Shown: positions 16,172 to 25,478, counted from the first letter of the stretch. The stretch is 30,150 nucleotides of DNA from Verrucomicrobiota bacterium (GCA_043825055.1 JBDRSI010000224.1:1-30150); one strand, 5' to 3'. Made by a program: numbers and translations. The notes: generated by a model not told the origin, from the sequence alone.

Positions 16172-16768
16172 TCACATTTTGATCAACGCCGCAAAGCCCA
16201 TGAAGGCCAAGCTCAACTGGCCGGCTGTCAGGAGCGCGATGGCGGTGCCGCGGAACGCCTGTGGCGGGTTGGCGCGATCGATTTTTTCGCGCAAGCCTGT
16301 AAAGATGATGAGTGCCAGCGAAAAGCCGACGGCGGCGCCAAATCCGAACAGCGTGGCGGTCAACAAGTTATAGCCCTTTTGCACATTCAGTACTGCCACG
16401 CCCAGTACGGCGCAATTGGTCGTAATGAGCGGCAGGTAAATCCCCAGGGCCTTGTAAAGCCCCGGGCTGAATTTCCGGATAATCATTTCCACACACTGCA
16501 CAAAGGCCGCAATGACCAAAATGAACACGATGGTCTGCAGATAGGTCAGGTCGGTGTGAAACGCTCCGGCGGGTTCCAGCAAAAACCGGGATATCAACCA
16601 GACCACCGCCGAGGCGCAGGTCATCACAAAAATGATCGCGGCGCACATGCCCAATGCCGTCGGCAGATTCTTGGAAACCCCCAAAAAGGGGCAAATCCCC
16701 AGGAAGCGGGTCAGCACAAAATTATTGACCAGCACCGCGCCGAGAATGAGCAGGATGTATTTTTCCAT
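16172..16768 (-). CDS. rnfA: Rnf electron transport complex subunit A
   Basis: [19 protein letters not shown] and [16 protein letters not shown]; RBS GGAG. Confidence 0.96.
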   Translation of the reverse strand: MEKYILLILGAVLVNNFVLTRFLGICPFLGVSKNLPTALGMCAAIIFVMTCASAVVWLISRFLLEPAGAFHTDLTYLQTIVFILVIAAFVQCVEMIIRKFSPGLYKALGIYLPLITTNCAVLGVAVLNVQKGYNLLTATLFGFGAAVGFSLALIIFTGLREKIDRANPPQAFRGTAIALLTAGQLSLAFMGFAALIKM

Positions 16769-16818
16769 ACCAACTCCAAAACTATTTTACCACGCGCGGC
16801 GCGCGGCTGGCCACGGAC

Positions 16819-16844
16819 TTGTCACGCCAAAGGCGTGATGACAA
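16819..16844. repeat. Hairpin TTGTCACGCC-AAA-GGCGTGATGACAA upstream of rnfA
   Basis: 7-bp core stem TCACGCC/GGCGTGA with flanking TTGTCA/TGACAA. Confidence 0.45.
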
Positions 16845-16933
16845 AGATTTACACGAATACTACCAAACTTATCAAAGATCAAAACAAAAAAATGCGTTTA
16901 TTTTGTCAGATCCCAATACGCCTTGCGGTGAGC

Positions 16934-16962
16934 TTTACTTTGCCATCCGTTTTGCCTACGAT
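16934..16962 (+). promoter_or_regulatory. Possible sigma70 promoter for the CE7 esterase
   Basis: TTTACT-17 nt-TACGAT, about 60 nt upstream of the ATG. Confidence 0.3.
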
Positions 16963-17021
16963 CATGTCCCTTAAAGCCGTTTTGGATCGTTGCGATTCGA
17001 AAATTTAGAAAGGAGAAAGTC

Positions 17022-17981
17022 ATGCCGCTTGTTGATCTGCCTCTGGCAAAATTGAAGCGCTACCGGGGCCGGAACCCGAAGCCGGCCGATTTTGAGCGCT
17101 ACTGGGACCGGGCCCTGAAAGAAATGCGCGCCGTGGACCCGCAGGTCGAGCTCGTGAAGAGCGATTTTCAGACGGCGTTTGCGGACTGTTTCGATCTGTA
17201 TTTTACCGGCGTGCGCAAAGCCCGGATTCATGCCAAATACATCCGGCCCCGGCATTGTGCCAGGCCCCATCCGGCGGTTCTGCAGTTTCACGGCTATACC
17301 GGAAATGCCGGCGACTGGTACGATAAGCTGAATTATGCCGCTCTGGGTTTTTCCGTGGCGGCCCTGGATTGCCGTGGACAGGGTGGCACGTCCGAAGATA
17401 CCGGTGGTATCAAGGGAACCACGTATCGGGGCCATATTATCCGTGGGTTAAACGACGGACCGGAGCAACTGCTATTCCGCCACATATTCCTGGACACGGC
17501 CCAACTGGCGCGGATTGTCATGGGCCTCCCGGAGGTGGATGCCGATCGCATCGGAGCCATGGGTGGTTCGCAGGGGGGCGGGTTGACCTTGGCCTGTGTC
17601 GCGCTGGAGCCGCGCATCCGGCGCGCCGTACCGATAGTTCCCTTCCTCAGCGACTACAAGAGAATCTGGGAGATGGACTTGGCCAAGGATGCCTACGAGG
17701 AGCTAATAACCTATTTCCGCCAGTTCGATCCCCGGCATGAACGGGAGGCGGGCATATTCCGCCGGCTGGGCTATATTGATGTTCAGCATCTGGCGCCCCG
17801 CATCCGGGCCCGCGTGCTGATGGGTACGGGGCTTATGGATACCATCTGCCCGCCCTCCACCCAGTTTGCCGCCTACAATAAGATTCGCTCGCCCAAGGCC
17901 ATGGTCCTTTATCCCGACTTTGGTCATGAAGGTTTGCCCGGCTTCCAGGACAAGGCGTTTCAGTTCATGGCGAATCTGTAA
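17022..17981 (+). CDS. Acetyl xylan esterase / cephalosporin-C deacetylase (carbohydrate esterase family 7)
   Basis: FHGY, DCRGQGG, nucleophile elbow GGSQGG, D.ICPPSTQFAAYN and GHE; RBS AAAGGAG. Confidence 0.93.
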   Translation: MPLVDLPLAKLKRYRGRNPKPADFERYWDRALKEMRAVDPQVELVKSDFQTAFADCFDLYFTGVRKARIHAKYIRPRHCARPHPAVLQFHGYTGNAGDWYDKLNYAALGFSVAALDCRGQGGTSEDTGGIKGTTYRGHIIRGLNDGPEQLLFRHIFLDTAQLARIVMGLPEVDADRIGAMGGSQGGGLTLACVALEPRIRRAVPIVPFLSDYKRIWEMDLAKDAYEELITYFRQFDPRHEREAGIFRRLGYIDVQHLAPRIRARVLMGTGLMDTICPPSTQFAAYNKIRSPKAMVLYPDFGHEGLPGFQDKAFQFMANL

Positions 17982-18020
17982 GCAGGAAGTTCCAAACAAC
18001 ACCAAGCGGCCTTACGGATA

Positions 18021-20804
18021 TTATTTCTTGCGCTTGGCGCTGAGAGCCGACTGGGCCGCTGCCAGCCGCGCAATCGGCACGCGGAACGGACTGCAACTCA
18101 CATAGTTTAGCCCGGTCTTGAAGCAAAACTCGACCGAGGCCGGGTCGCCACCCTGTTCGCCGCAGATGCCGATTTTCAGGTCCTTGCGCGTCTTGCGCCC
18201 CTTCTGCACGGCCATCTCCACCAACTGCCCGATACCTTCCTGGTCAATAGTCTGGAAAGGATCGGCCGGCAGGATTTTCTTGTCGAGATAGTCGCCCATG
18301 AATCCGCCGATATCGTCACGGCTGAACCCGAAGCCCATCTGGGTCAGGTCATTCGTGCCGAACGAGAAGAACTCGGCTTCCTCGGCCATCTTGTCGGCCG
18401 TGAGGCACGCGCGCGGAATTTCAATCATTGTGCCGTAGGCGTGCGGAATCTTTTTGATTTTCATCTTGGCAAGCACTTCGGCATAGACCTTCAGACAGAG
18501 CGTCTTCTGGTCGCGCAGTTCGCGCACGTCGCAGGTCACCGGCACCATGATTTCCGGCTTGCATTTCTTGCCGGCCTTGATCAGTTCCGCTGCCGCCTCG
18601 AAGATGGCGCGAATCTGCATCTCGGTGACTTCCGGGTAGGTGATCCCCAGCCGTACGCCGCGGTGACCCATCATGGGATTGGATTCGTGCAGTTGCTCGC
18701 CGCGTTTTTGAATTTCTGCGGCGGAAATGCCCAGGCTGGCCGCCAGTTCCTGCTGTTTGTCCTCGCTCTGTGGCACAAACTCGTGCAGGGGCGGATCGAG
18801 CAGGCGGATGGTGACCGGCAGGCCTGCCATCGCTTCCAAGGTGCCCTTGATTGAGGCCTTTACGAACGGGAACAATTCAGCGAGCGCTTTCCGGCGCTCA
18901 TCGGCCGTCTTGCTGAGAATCATCTTGCGGAGCAAGAAGAGCGGCTGGTCACTGCCCTTGCCGTAGAACATGTGCTCGGTGCGGAAGAGCCCGATGCCTT
19001 CGGCCCCGAAAGCGCGGGCGATCCTGGCGTCAGAGGGTGTGTCCGCGTTGGCGCGCACGCCCATGGTCCGGAACTTATCCGCGATCTGCATGAATTTCTG
19101 GAAACGCGGATTTTCCGAGGCATCTATCATCGAAAGCGCTCCGGCATAGACATAGCCCCGGGTCCCGTTCAGCGTGGCCCAATCGCCTTCCTTGAACGTC
19201 TGGCCGGCGACGGTCACGGTCCGGGCTTCCGCGTTAACGTGCAAAGCCGCGGCGCCGACGATACAGCACTTGCCCCAGCCGCGCGCCACCAGCGCCGCGT
19301 GGCTGGTCATGCCGCCGCGCGCCGTCAAAATACCCACAGCGGCTTGCATGCCTTCCACGTCTTCCGGGTTCGTTTCCTCGCGCAGGAGGATGACTTTTTT
19401 CCCGGCCTTGACCCATTCCACGGCGGCCGAGGCCGTGAACACGATTTGGCCCACGGCCCCGCCCGGACCGGCCGGCAGTCCCTTGGCCAGCACCTGGGCG
19501 GTTTTTTCCGCGGCGGGATTGACGATCGGGTGCAGGAGTTCGTCCAACTGGGCGGGCGCAACCCGCATGACGGCTTCCGATGCGGAGATCAATTTTTCGG
19601 CCACCATGTCCATGGCCATATTCAAGGCCGCCGTACCCGTGCGTTTGCCCACGCGGCATTGCAACATATAGAGCGTTCCGGCCTGGATCGTGAACTCGAT
19701 GTCCTGCATATCGCGGTAATGTTTCTCGAGTTTCTTCTGGATGCCGTCGAGCTCGCAGTATAGCGCCGGCATGGCTTTTTCAAGCGAGTCCAGGTGCACG
19801 TTCTGCTCGTTCTTGGTGGCTTCGTTCAGCGGGCTGGGTGTGCGGGTACCGGCCACGACGTCTTCGCCCTGGGCATTAACCAGCCATTCGCCATAAAATT
19901 TGTGTTCGCCGGTGGCGGGGTTGCGGCTAAAGGCTACACCGGTGGCCGAGGTGTCACCCATGTTACCGAAGACCATTGCCTGGACGTTGACCGCCGTGCC
20001 CCACTCGTCGGGAATGCCCTCGATTCGCCGGTAGGAGATGGCGCGCTTGCCGTTCCAGCTCTTGAACACGGCGCCAATGCCGCCCCACAATTGCTCTATT
20101 GCGTCATCGGGGAATGGCCGGCCAAGCACCTGCTGGACGCGTTTCTTAAATTCCTCGACCAGGACCTTGAGATCGTCGGCGGTCAGGTCCGTGTCGGCCT
20201 TATAGCCTTTCTGCTTCTTAACCGTATTAAGCATTTCGTCCAACTGCTTGCGGATGCCCTTGCCTTCGGCCGGTTCGAGGCCTTCGGACTTTTCCATGAC
20301 GACGTCGGAATACATCATGATCAGCCGCCGATAGGCGTCATAGACGAACCGCTCGTTTTGCGTTTTGGCAATCAGGCCGGGAATAGTGCGCGAGCAGAGC
20401 CCCACGTTGAGGACCGTTTCCATCATGCCGGGCATTGATTTGCGCGCGCCGGAACGGCAAGAGACCAGCAGAGGGTTCGTCGGATCGCCGAACTTCATGC
20501 CCATGAGCGCTTCCGTCTTGGCCAGCGCCGACTCGAGTTCCTTCTTCAGACTGGCAGGGAATTTAGATTTGTTCTTGAAGAAATCCACACAGCATTCCGT
20601 GCTGATGGCAAAGCCGGCGGGCACCGGCAAACCCAGCAGGCACATCTCCGCCAGGTTGGCGCCCTTGCCGCCCAACAGATTCTTCATGCTGGCGTTGCCT
20701 TCGGTGTTCTTCCGGCCGGGTCCGAACAAATACACGTATTTCTTGTTCTTGACGTTTTTCGCGGTCTTCTTGGCCTCGTTCCGAAACATCAGAGTGAATG
20801 GCAT
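18021..20804 (-). CDS. ppdK: Pyruvate, phosphate dikinase
   Basis: LGGKGANLAEM, SMPGMMETVLN, phospho-His motif GGMTSHAALVARG, GLFRTEHMF and FSFGTNDLTQ; RBS AAGGAG. Confidence 0.98.
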   Translation of the reverse strand: MPFTLMFRNEAKKTAKNVKNKKYVYLFGPGRKNTEGNASMKNLLGGKGANLAEMCLLGLPVPAGFAISTECCVDFFKNKSKFPASLKKELESALAKTEALMGMKFGDPTNPLLVSCRSGARKSMPGMMETVLNVGLCSRTIPGLIAKTQNERFVYDAYRRLIMMYSDVVMEKSEGLEPAEGKGIRKQLDEMLNTVKKQKGYKADTDLTADDLKVLVEEFKKRVQQVLGRPFPDDAIEQLWGGIGAVFKSWNGKRAISYRRIEGIPDEWGTAVNVQAMVFGNMGDTSATGVAFSRNPATGEHKFYGEWLVNAQGEDVVAGTRTPSPLNEATKNEQNVHLDSLEKAMPALYCELDGIQKKLEKHYRDMQDIEFTIQAGTLYMLQCRVGKRTGTAALNMAMDMVAEKLISASEAVMRVAPAQLDELLHPIVNPAAEKTAQVLAKGLPAGPGGAVGQIVFTASAAVEWVKAGKKVILLREETNPEDVEGMQAAVGILTARGGMTSHAALVARGWGKCCIVGAAALHVNAEARTVTVAGQTFKEGDWATLNGTRGYVYAGALSMIDASENPRFQKFMQIADKFRTMGVRANADTPSDARIARAFGAEGIGLFRTEHMFYGKGSDQPLFLLRKMILSKTADERRKALAELFPFVKASIKGTLEAMAGLPVTIRLLDPPLHEFVPQSEDKQQELAASLGISAAEIQKRGEQLHESNPMMGHRGVRLGITYPEVTEMQIRAIFEAAAELIKAGKKCKPEIMVPVTCDVRELRDQKTLCLKVYAEVLAKMKIKKIPHAYGTMIEIPRACLTADKMAEEAEFFSFGTNDLTQMGFGFSRDDIGGFMGDYLDKKILPADPFQTIDQEGIGQLVEMAVQKGRKTRKDLKIGICGEQGGDPASVEFCFKTGLNYVSCSPFRVPIARLAAAQSALSAKRKK

Positions 20805-20847
20805 GCTGGGATTCTCCTTGGTTGGTTGCGGTTATCCGATTAAATTT

Positions 20848-21016
20848 ATGTATAGGAAATTCAAAGTAACACACATTCTGGATTCCCGCTTTCGCGGGAA
20901 TGACAGAATGGCGCGCGTGTATGCCTGCTTGCAACCCTGTCGCGTAGCGACTGCGGGCAAGCAGTGCTATGCACAGCATTGCAGGCGGGTCATTCCCGAC
21001 CCGATCGGGAATCCAG
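20848..21016. repeat. Composite repeat upstream of ppdK
   Basis: ATGTATAGGAAATTCAAAG (20848-20866), REP pair CTGGATTCCCGCTTTCGCGGGAATGACA (20878-20905) / GTCATTCCCGACCCGATCGGGAATCCAG (20989-21016), and inner nested palindromes CTGCTTGC...GTCGC-GTA-GCGAC...GCAAGCAG. Confidence 0.88.
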
Positions 21017-21157
21017 GATTTTTTGTTGCCATCTTTGGCCGCTTAATTCAATGCCAATGACTTGCAACCCGAATAGCCGCGCCTGTAAGGGCGTGGTTTT
21101 TTCCGATGGCCACATGCATGCCGGCGCAGGGTGTGCTCCGACTGCACAAAGCGGGCA

Positions 21158-21185
21158 AGATTAGCAGGTCGGATTCGGCTGTCAA
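21158..21185 (-). promoter_or_regulatory. Candidate sigma70 promoter for ppdK
   Basis: Minus strand reads TTGACA-16 nt-TAATCT. It implies a ~350-nt leader that contains the repeat composite. Confidence 0.45.
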
Positions 21186-21293
21186 TGATGAAAAAAGTCG
21201 GCGCCCAAAATCTCTCCAAGAGGCCGGGACACCGGCAAATAGAACCGCAGAGGTGCGGGGGAGCGGCCTGATTAAACGCTTATCAATAATCGC

Positions 21294-21968
21294 CTAAAAC
21301 ATCATAATATTGGTTACGTTGGCCATACCGCCGAAAGCGTTCGTAACTATGGCGTTAGTTATGTAAATCCCTTCACCAGTTACATTCGTGCAGGCCACCC
21401 ACATACCCTGGCCGGCCACTTTCACCAGGTTACCGCCCTGTGGTATTAGGCCCTTGCGATGATTGCCACCCCAGTTGGTGAAGGATGAAGAAGCAAATCC
21501 AGACACATTGGCCCTTGAACCCTGCCCGCTGTTCCCATTCATGTCACAGATAATGACTTTGTCGCCGTCGGACGAGGAGCGTCCGGAAAAATAATTATAA
21601 CAGCTGTTGGCGGCTGATACTTCAATCAGTGTGCCTGCGGGCTTAATGCCATAATCCCCGGCGGCGGTGGGGCAAATGAACATTTCCGGCGTAACGCCGC
21701 CTTCCAAGGTAATGGCGCCATTGGTGCTGGCCAGGTTGCTTTTCGGGAAGTTCGGGCGGAAAGAGTCGGCCGGATTCAGGCCCCAAGCCGCAATGGTTTT
21801 CCAGAGGCCGTTTTGGTTTGAGAGGCAATTAACGCGACGGGCCTTTTCGCGCACATCGCCCAGGTTCGGCAGGAGCAAGCCGGCCAAAATGGCGATAATG
21901 GCGATAACCACCAGCAGTTCCACCAGCGTGAACGCGCGTTTCGAAATCCGCTGCCAGATACATTTCAT
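21294..21968 (-). CDS. Prepilin-type N-terminal cleavage/methylation domain protein (PVC-type pseudopilin)
   Basis: KRA|[34 protein letters not shown] and FICPTA. Confidence 0.9.
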   Translation of the reverse strand: MKCIWQRISKRAFTLVELLVVIAIIAILAGLLLPNLGDVREKARRVNCLSNQNGLWKTIAAWGLNPADSFRPNFPKSNLASTNGAITLEGGVTPEMFICPTAAGDYGIKPAGTLIEVSAANSCYNYFSGRSSSDGDKVIICDMNGNSGQGSRANVSGFASSSFTNWGGNHRKGLIPQGGNLVKVAGQGMWVACTNVTGEGIYITNAIVTNAFGGMANVTNIMMF

Positions 21969-22039
21969 GATGAATCCCTCCTGTTGATGCTTTCTGAAAA
22001 TACCGCCTTGTTAAGGCCAGAAGATATAGATACGTTTAT

Positions 22040-22068
22040 ATTTAATCACCCGCGTTCTTGTGTGTCAA
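22040..22068 (-). promoter_or_regulatory. Candidate sigma70 promoter for the pseudopilin gene
   Basis: Minus strand reads TTGACA-17 nt-TTAAAT. Confidence 0.45.
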
Positions 22069-22094
22069 CAGGTTTTTTTATATTTTACGAGGAC

Positions 22095-23156
22095 ATGAAA
22101 ACCGCCGATTTTTTTTATCACCTGCCGCCGGAGCTGATTGCCCAGCATCCGCTTCCGCACCGCGCCCAAGCCCGCATGATGGTCATTCAGCGCACCACGG
22201 GCGCATTCGATCACCGGCGGGTAGCCGAGCTCCCGGCGTTTCTCCGTCCGGGCGACCTGCTGGTGGTGAACGATACGCGCGTCATCCCCGCCCGCCTGTA
22301 CGGCCATAAGGCCGACTCCGGAGGATGCGTGGAAATCCTGTTGATCGAGGAAACGGCACTCGGCATCTGGGATACGCTTCTGCGTGCCCGGCATGCGAAA
22401 CCCGGCGCCCGCCTGGACCTGGCCGGAGGCCAGGTCCAGGCGGAAGTCCTGGCGGTTAAAGACGAGGGACGCGTCACACTCCGACTCCGGCACGAGCGTC
22501 CGCTCTTGGATATCCTCGAAACCGACGGTGTGCCGCCCCTGCCGCCCTACATTAAGCGAACGGCCGCCAATGCCTTGCAACGTGCGGTGGACCGCGAGCG
22601 TTATCAGACGGTCTATGCCCGTAATCCCGGCGCTGTGGCCGCGCCGACAGCCGGTCTGCACTTCACCGATGCGCTTTTAACAACACTGGAAGAGCGCGGT
22701 GTCCACCGCGCCGCCGTGACGCTCCACGTTGGACCGGGCACGTTCAAACCGGTGACCGTTGCCGAAGTGGAACAGCACCGGGTGGATGCGGAACGCTACA
22801 CGGTGCCGGAAGTCACGGCGCGGCTTATTCGCGCAACCCGCGAGGCTAAGGGAAGGATTGTGGCGGTCGGCAGTACCGTTGTGCGCACGCTGGAAACCGT
22901 GGCGGCGGACCACGAATCCGTGGTGGACCACGGCGTCGTGGTGGCCTCACAGGGCCGCAGTGACCTGTTCATTTACCCGCCCTATAAGTTCCGGGTGGTG
23001 GATGTGCTCCTGACCAATTTCCACCTGCCTACCTCCAGTTTGCTGATGATGGTCAGCGCCCTGGCCGGACGCGATTTGATCTTGCGCGCATACGCGGAGG
23101 CGATCCGCGAACGATACCGCTTTTACAGCTACGGTGATTGCATGCTGATCCTCTGA
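22095..23156 (+). CDS. queA: S-adenosylmethionine:tRNA ribosyltransferase-isomerase
   Basis: FFYHLPPELIAQ.P, NDTRVIPARL, AAPTAGLHF, LHVGPGTF, TNFHLP and YRFYSYGD. Start MKTADF with RBS GAGGA. Confidence 0.97.
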   Translation: MKTADFFYHLPPELIAQHPLPHRAQARMMVIQRTTGAFDHRRVAELPAFLRPGDLLVVNDTRVIPARLYGHKADSGGCVEILLIEETALGIWDTLLRARHAKPGARLDLAGGQVQAEVLAVKDEGRVTLRLRHERPLLDILETDGVPPLPPYIKRTAANALQRAVDRERYQTVYARNPGAVAAPTAGLHFTDALLTTLEERGVHRAAVTLHVGPGTFKPVTVAEVEQHRVDAERYTVPEVTARLIRATREAKGRIVAVGSTVVRTLETVAADHESVVDHGVVVASQGRSDLFIYPPYKFRVVDVLLTNFHLPTSSLLMMVSALAGRDLILRAYAEAIRERYRFYSYGDCMLIL

Positions 23157-23253
23157 AGAAATGCAAAATGCAAAATGAAAAATGCAGAATGATCGGATTC
23201 TTTTTCTACACTCTGGCTTGATTCAATTTTTCATTTTTCATTCTTCATTTCTT
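23156..23253. repeat. Inverted-repeat element with heptamer-periodic arms occupying the whole queA/pta convergent spacer
   Basis: Arms 23156-23183 (AAGAAATGCAAAATGCAAAATGAAAAAT) and 23226-23253 are 25/28 complementary and overlap both stop codons. Confidence 0.85.
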
Positions 23254-24274
23254 ACTCGCTCCACTCGGTGATCGCGGCGACGGCGGCGCAGTCCACGATA
23301 TCGTCGGCGGAACAGCCGCGGGACACATCATTGTATGGGCGTCGCAAACCCTGAAATAGCGGACCGATGGCGGTGGCGCCGGCCAGCCGTTCGGTGGCCT
23401 TGTAAATTGTGTTGCCGCAGTTGAGGTCCGGGAAGATGAGCACATTACACCGCCCGGCGATGGCGGAATTCGGCGCTTTCCTGGCGGCCACTTCGGGGAT
23501 GACGGCGGTATCGAACTGAAATTCGCCGTCAATCTTCAGTTCCGGCGCCTGTTGCTGGGCCTTGGCCGTGGCTGCGATCACCTTGTCCACAGTCGGGTCC
23601 TTGGCGGAGCCCTTCGTGGAGCAACTGATCATACCGACGCGCGGCTCGTCGCCGGTCAGCGTTCGGTAGGTGCGCGCCGTAGTCACGGCAATTTCGGCCA
23701 GTTGATCGGCGGTGGGGTTGATGTTGAGTCCGCAGTCGGCATAAAAGAGCACCCCATGAAATCCCCAGCGGGGATCACGCATCTGCATGATGAAATAGGA
23801 TGAGGCAAACTTGATGCCGGGCGCGGTCTTGAAGATTTGGAGGGCCGGGCGGGTTTTGCCAGCGGTGTTGTGGTGATAGCCCTTGGGGTTGCCGCCGCCG
23901 GACACATACCCGTGGGCGTCACCTGAGCAGACCATGGCCGCCGCGAAGACGCAGGTGTCCTTGATCCAGGCGCGCGCCTGGCCCTCGGTGAGACCCTTGG
24001 CCTGGCGGAGTTCCACGAGCTTCGCGATATAATCGTTGAGCCGCGGGTGCTTGAGCACGTCCGCTAACTCCACTCCGTCCATTGAAATCCGGTTCTCGCG
24101 GGCCAGTTTAAGAATTGCCTCGGCATCGCCCACCAGGACAGGCTGGGCGTACCCCGTTTGTGCCAGCTTGGCGGCCGCCTGCAGATTGCGGACATCGTCG
24201 CTTTCCGTCAGACAGATCTTGCGGTTGAGTGCCTTCGCTTTGCTTCGGATGCGTTCCAATACGGTTTCTGGCAT
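23252..24274 (-). CDS. pta: Phosphate acetyltransferase
   Basis: RPALQI, FYADCGLNINP, STKGSA, IDGEFQFDTA, FPDLNCGNTIYK and DVSRGCS. Confidence 0.96.
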   Translation of the reverse strand: MPETVLERIRSKAKALNRKICLTESDDVRNLQAAAKLAQTGYAQPVLVGDAEAILKLARENRISMDGVELADVLKHPRLNDYIAKLVELRQAKGLTEGQARAWIKDTCVFAAAMVCSGDAHGYVSGGGNPKGYHHNTAGKTRPALQIFKTAPGIKFASSYFIMQMRDPRWGFHGVLFYADCGLNINPTADQLAEIAVTTARTYRTLTGDEPRVGMISCSTKGSAKDPTVDKVIAATAKAQQQAPELKIDGEFQFDTAVIPEVAARKAPNSAIAGRCNVLIFPDLNCGNTIYKATERLAGATAIGPLFQGLRRPYNDVSRGCSADDIVDCAAVAAITEWSE

Positions 24275-24287
24275 GATGGGGGGTTCC

Positions 24288-25478
24288 TTATGACATAAGA
24301 ATCCGCGCCGTTTCCCGCGCGATCATCAGTTCCTCGTTGGTGGGGATGACCAGCACCGCCGGCAGGGCTCCCTTTTGTGAAATTGTTAGCGCATTATCCT
24401 TGTTCAGCGCCGGATCCAGGTGAATGCCCAAATACGTCAGTTGCTTGCATACCATCGTGCGCACCAGCGAAACATTTTCACCAATACCGGCCGTGAAGAT
24501 TAAGGCGTCGAACCCGTTCAACACGGCGGCATAAGCGCCAATGTATTTCACCAGTCGGTGCACGAACACGTCGAGCGCCAGCTTGGCCGGCGCCGAGCCG
24601 TTCGCGATGGCCTTCAAAATGTCGCGCATGTCGTTACTGCCGATGCCGGCCAGTCCCCGCAATCCGCTCTCCTTGTTTAGCATGCGGTCCACTTCGTCCA
24701 GACTATAACCCAGCCGGCGCAGGAAGATGACGACGGCCGGATCTATATCGCCGCAGCGTGTGCCCATAACCAGGCCTTCCAGCGGGGTCAGGCCCATGCT
24801 GGTGTCCGCCACCTTGCCGCGGTTGACCGCCGTGATACTGCACCCGTTGCCTAGGTGTGCCGTGATGAGTTTTAGAGTATCGAGGTCGCGGCCCAGAACT
24901 TTTGCGGCCGTGATGGCCACGAACTGATGCGAGGTGCCGTGAAACCCGTAGCGCCGGATCCGGTTTTTGTCGGCGATGTCCTTGGGGATGGCGTAGGTAT
25001 ATGCGGCGCTCGGCATGGTCTGGTGGAAGGCGGTATCGAACACGGCCACCATGGGCACGTTAGGGAACAGGTGTTCGCACGCTTCGATGCCTTCGTAGTT
25101 GGGCGGGTTGTGCAACGGTGCCAGCGCGAAGCAATCCAGGATTACCTGTTTGATGGCGGCCGAAACCTTGACCGCGCCGCTGATGGCCGCGCCGCCGTGC
25201 ACCACGCGGTGTCCGATGCCCTTGATCTCGATCAGGTTGCCGATCACACCCGTTTTTTTATCCATCAGCGCCAGGCATGCTTCGGAAATAGCCGCCTCGG
25301 AGGAATTAGCCGCAATATCCTTTTCCATCTTCTGCCCGCGGTAATTGGAATACTTCAGCCGCGTGTCCGGCGCATTGATCCGCTCGATGAGCCCCTTGGC
25401 CAGCAATTTTTCGCCGGCGCTTTCATACAGTGTAAATTTGACCGACGAACTGCCCGCATTGATGACTAATATTTTCAT
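24288..25478 (-). CDS. ackA: Acetate kinase
   Basis: ILVINAGSSSVKF, GHRVVHGG, APLHNP, VFDTAFHQT, RRYGFHGTSH, DTSMGLTPLEG and PTNEELMIA. Confidence 0.97.
   Translation of the reverse strand: MKILVINAGSSSVKFTLYESAGEKLLAKGLIERINAPDTRLKYSNYRGQKMEKDIAANSSEAAISEACLALMDKKTGVIGNLIEIKGIGHRVVHGGAAISGAVKVSAAIKQVILDCFALAPLHNPPNYEGIEACEHLFPNVPMVAVFDTAFHQTMPSAAYTYAIPKDIADKNRIRRYGFHGTSHQFVAITAAKVLGRDLDTLKLITAHLGNGCSITAVNRGKVADTSMGLTPLEGLVMGTRCGDIDPAVVIFLRRLGYSLDEVDRMLNKESGLRGLAGIGSNDMRDILKAIANGSAPAKLALDVFVHRLVKYIGAYAAVLNGFDALIFTAGIGENVSLVRTMVCKQLTYLGIHLDPALNKDNALTISQKGALPAVLVIPTNEELMIARETARILMS

Noticed and set aside
16770-17020. Rex (redox-sensing) operator upstream of rnfA
   Set aside because: No match to TTGTGAA-N4-TTCACAA found by eye here or upstream of ackA, nfnA or ppdK.
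21215-21275. GGCAAA...GCAGAGGTGC segment as a c-di-GMP or other riboswitch
   Set aside because: The GNRA-capped stem and GACGCAAAGC-type junction of c-di-GMP-I are missing, and no TPP/SAM/cobalamin core was seen. An Infernal scan would settle it.
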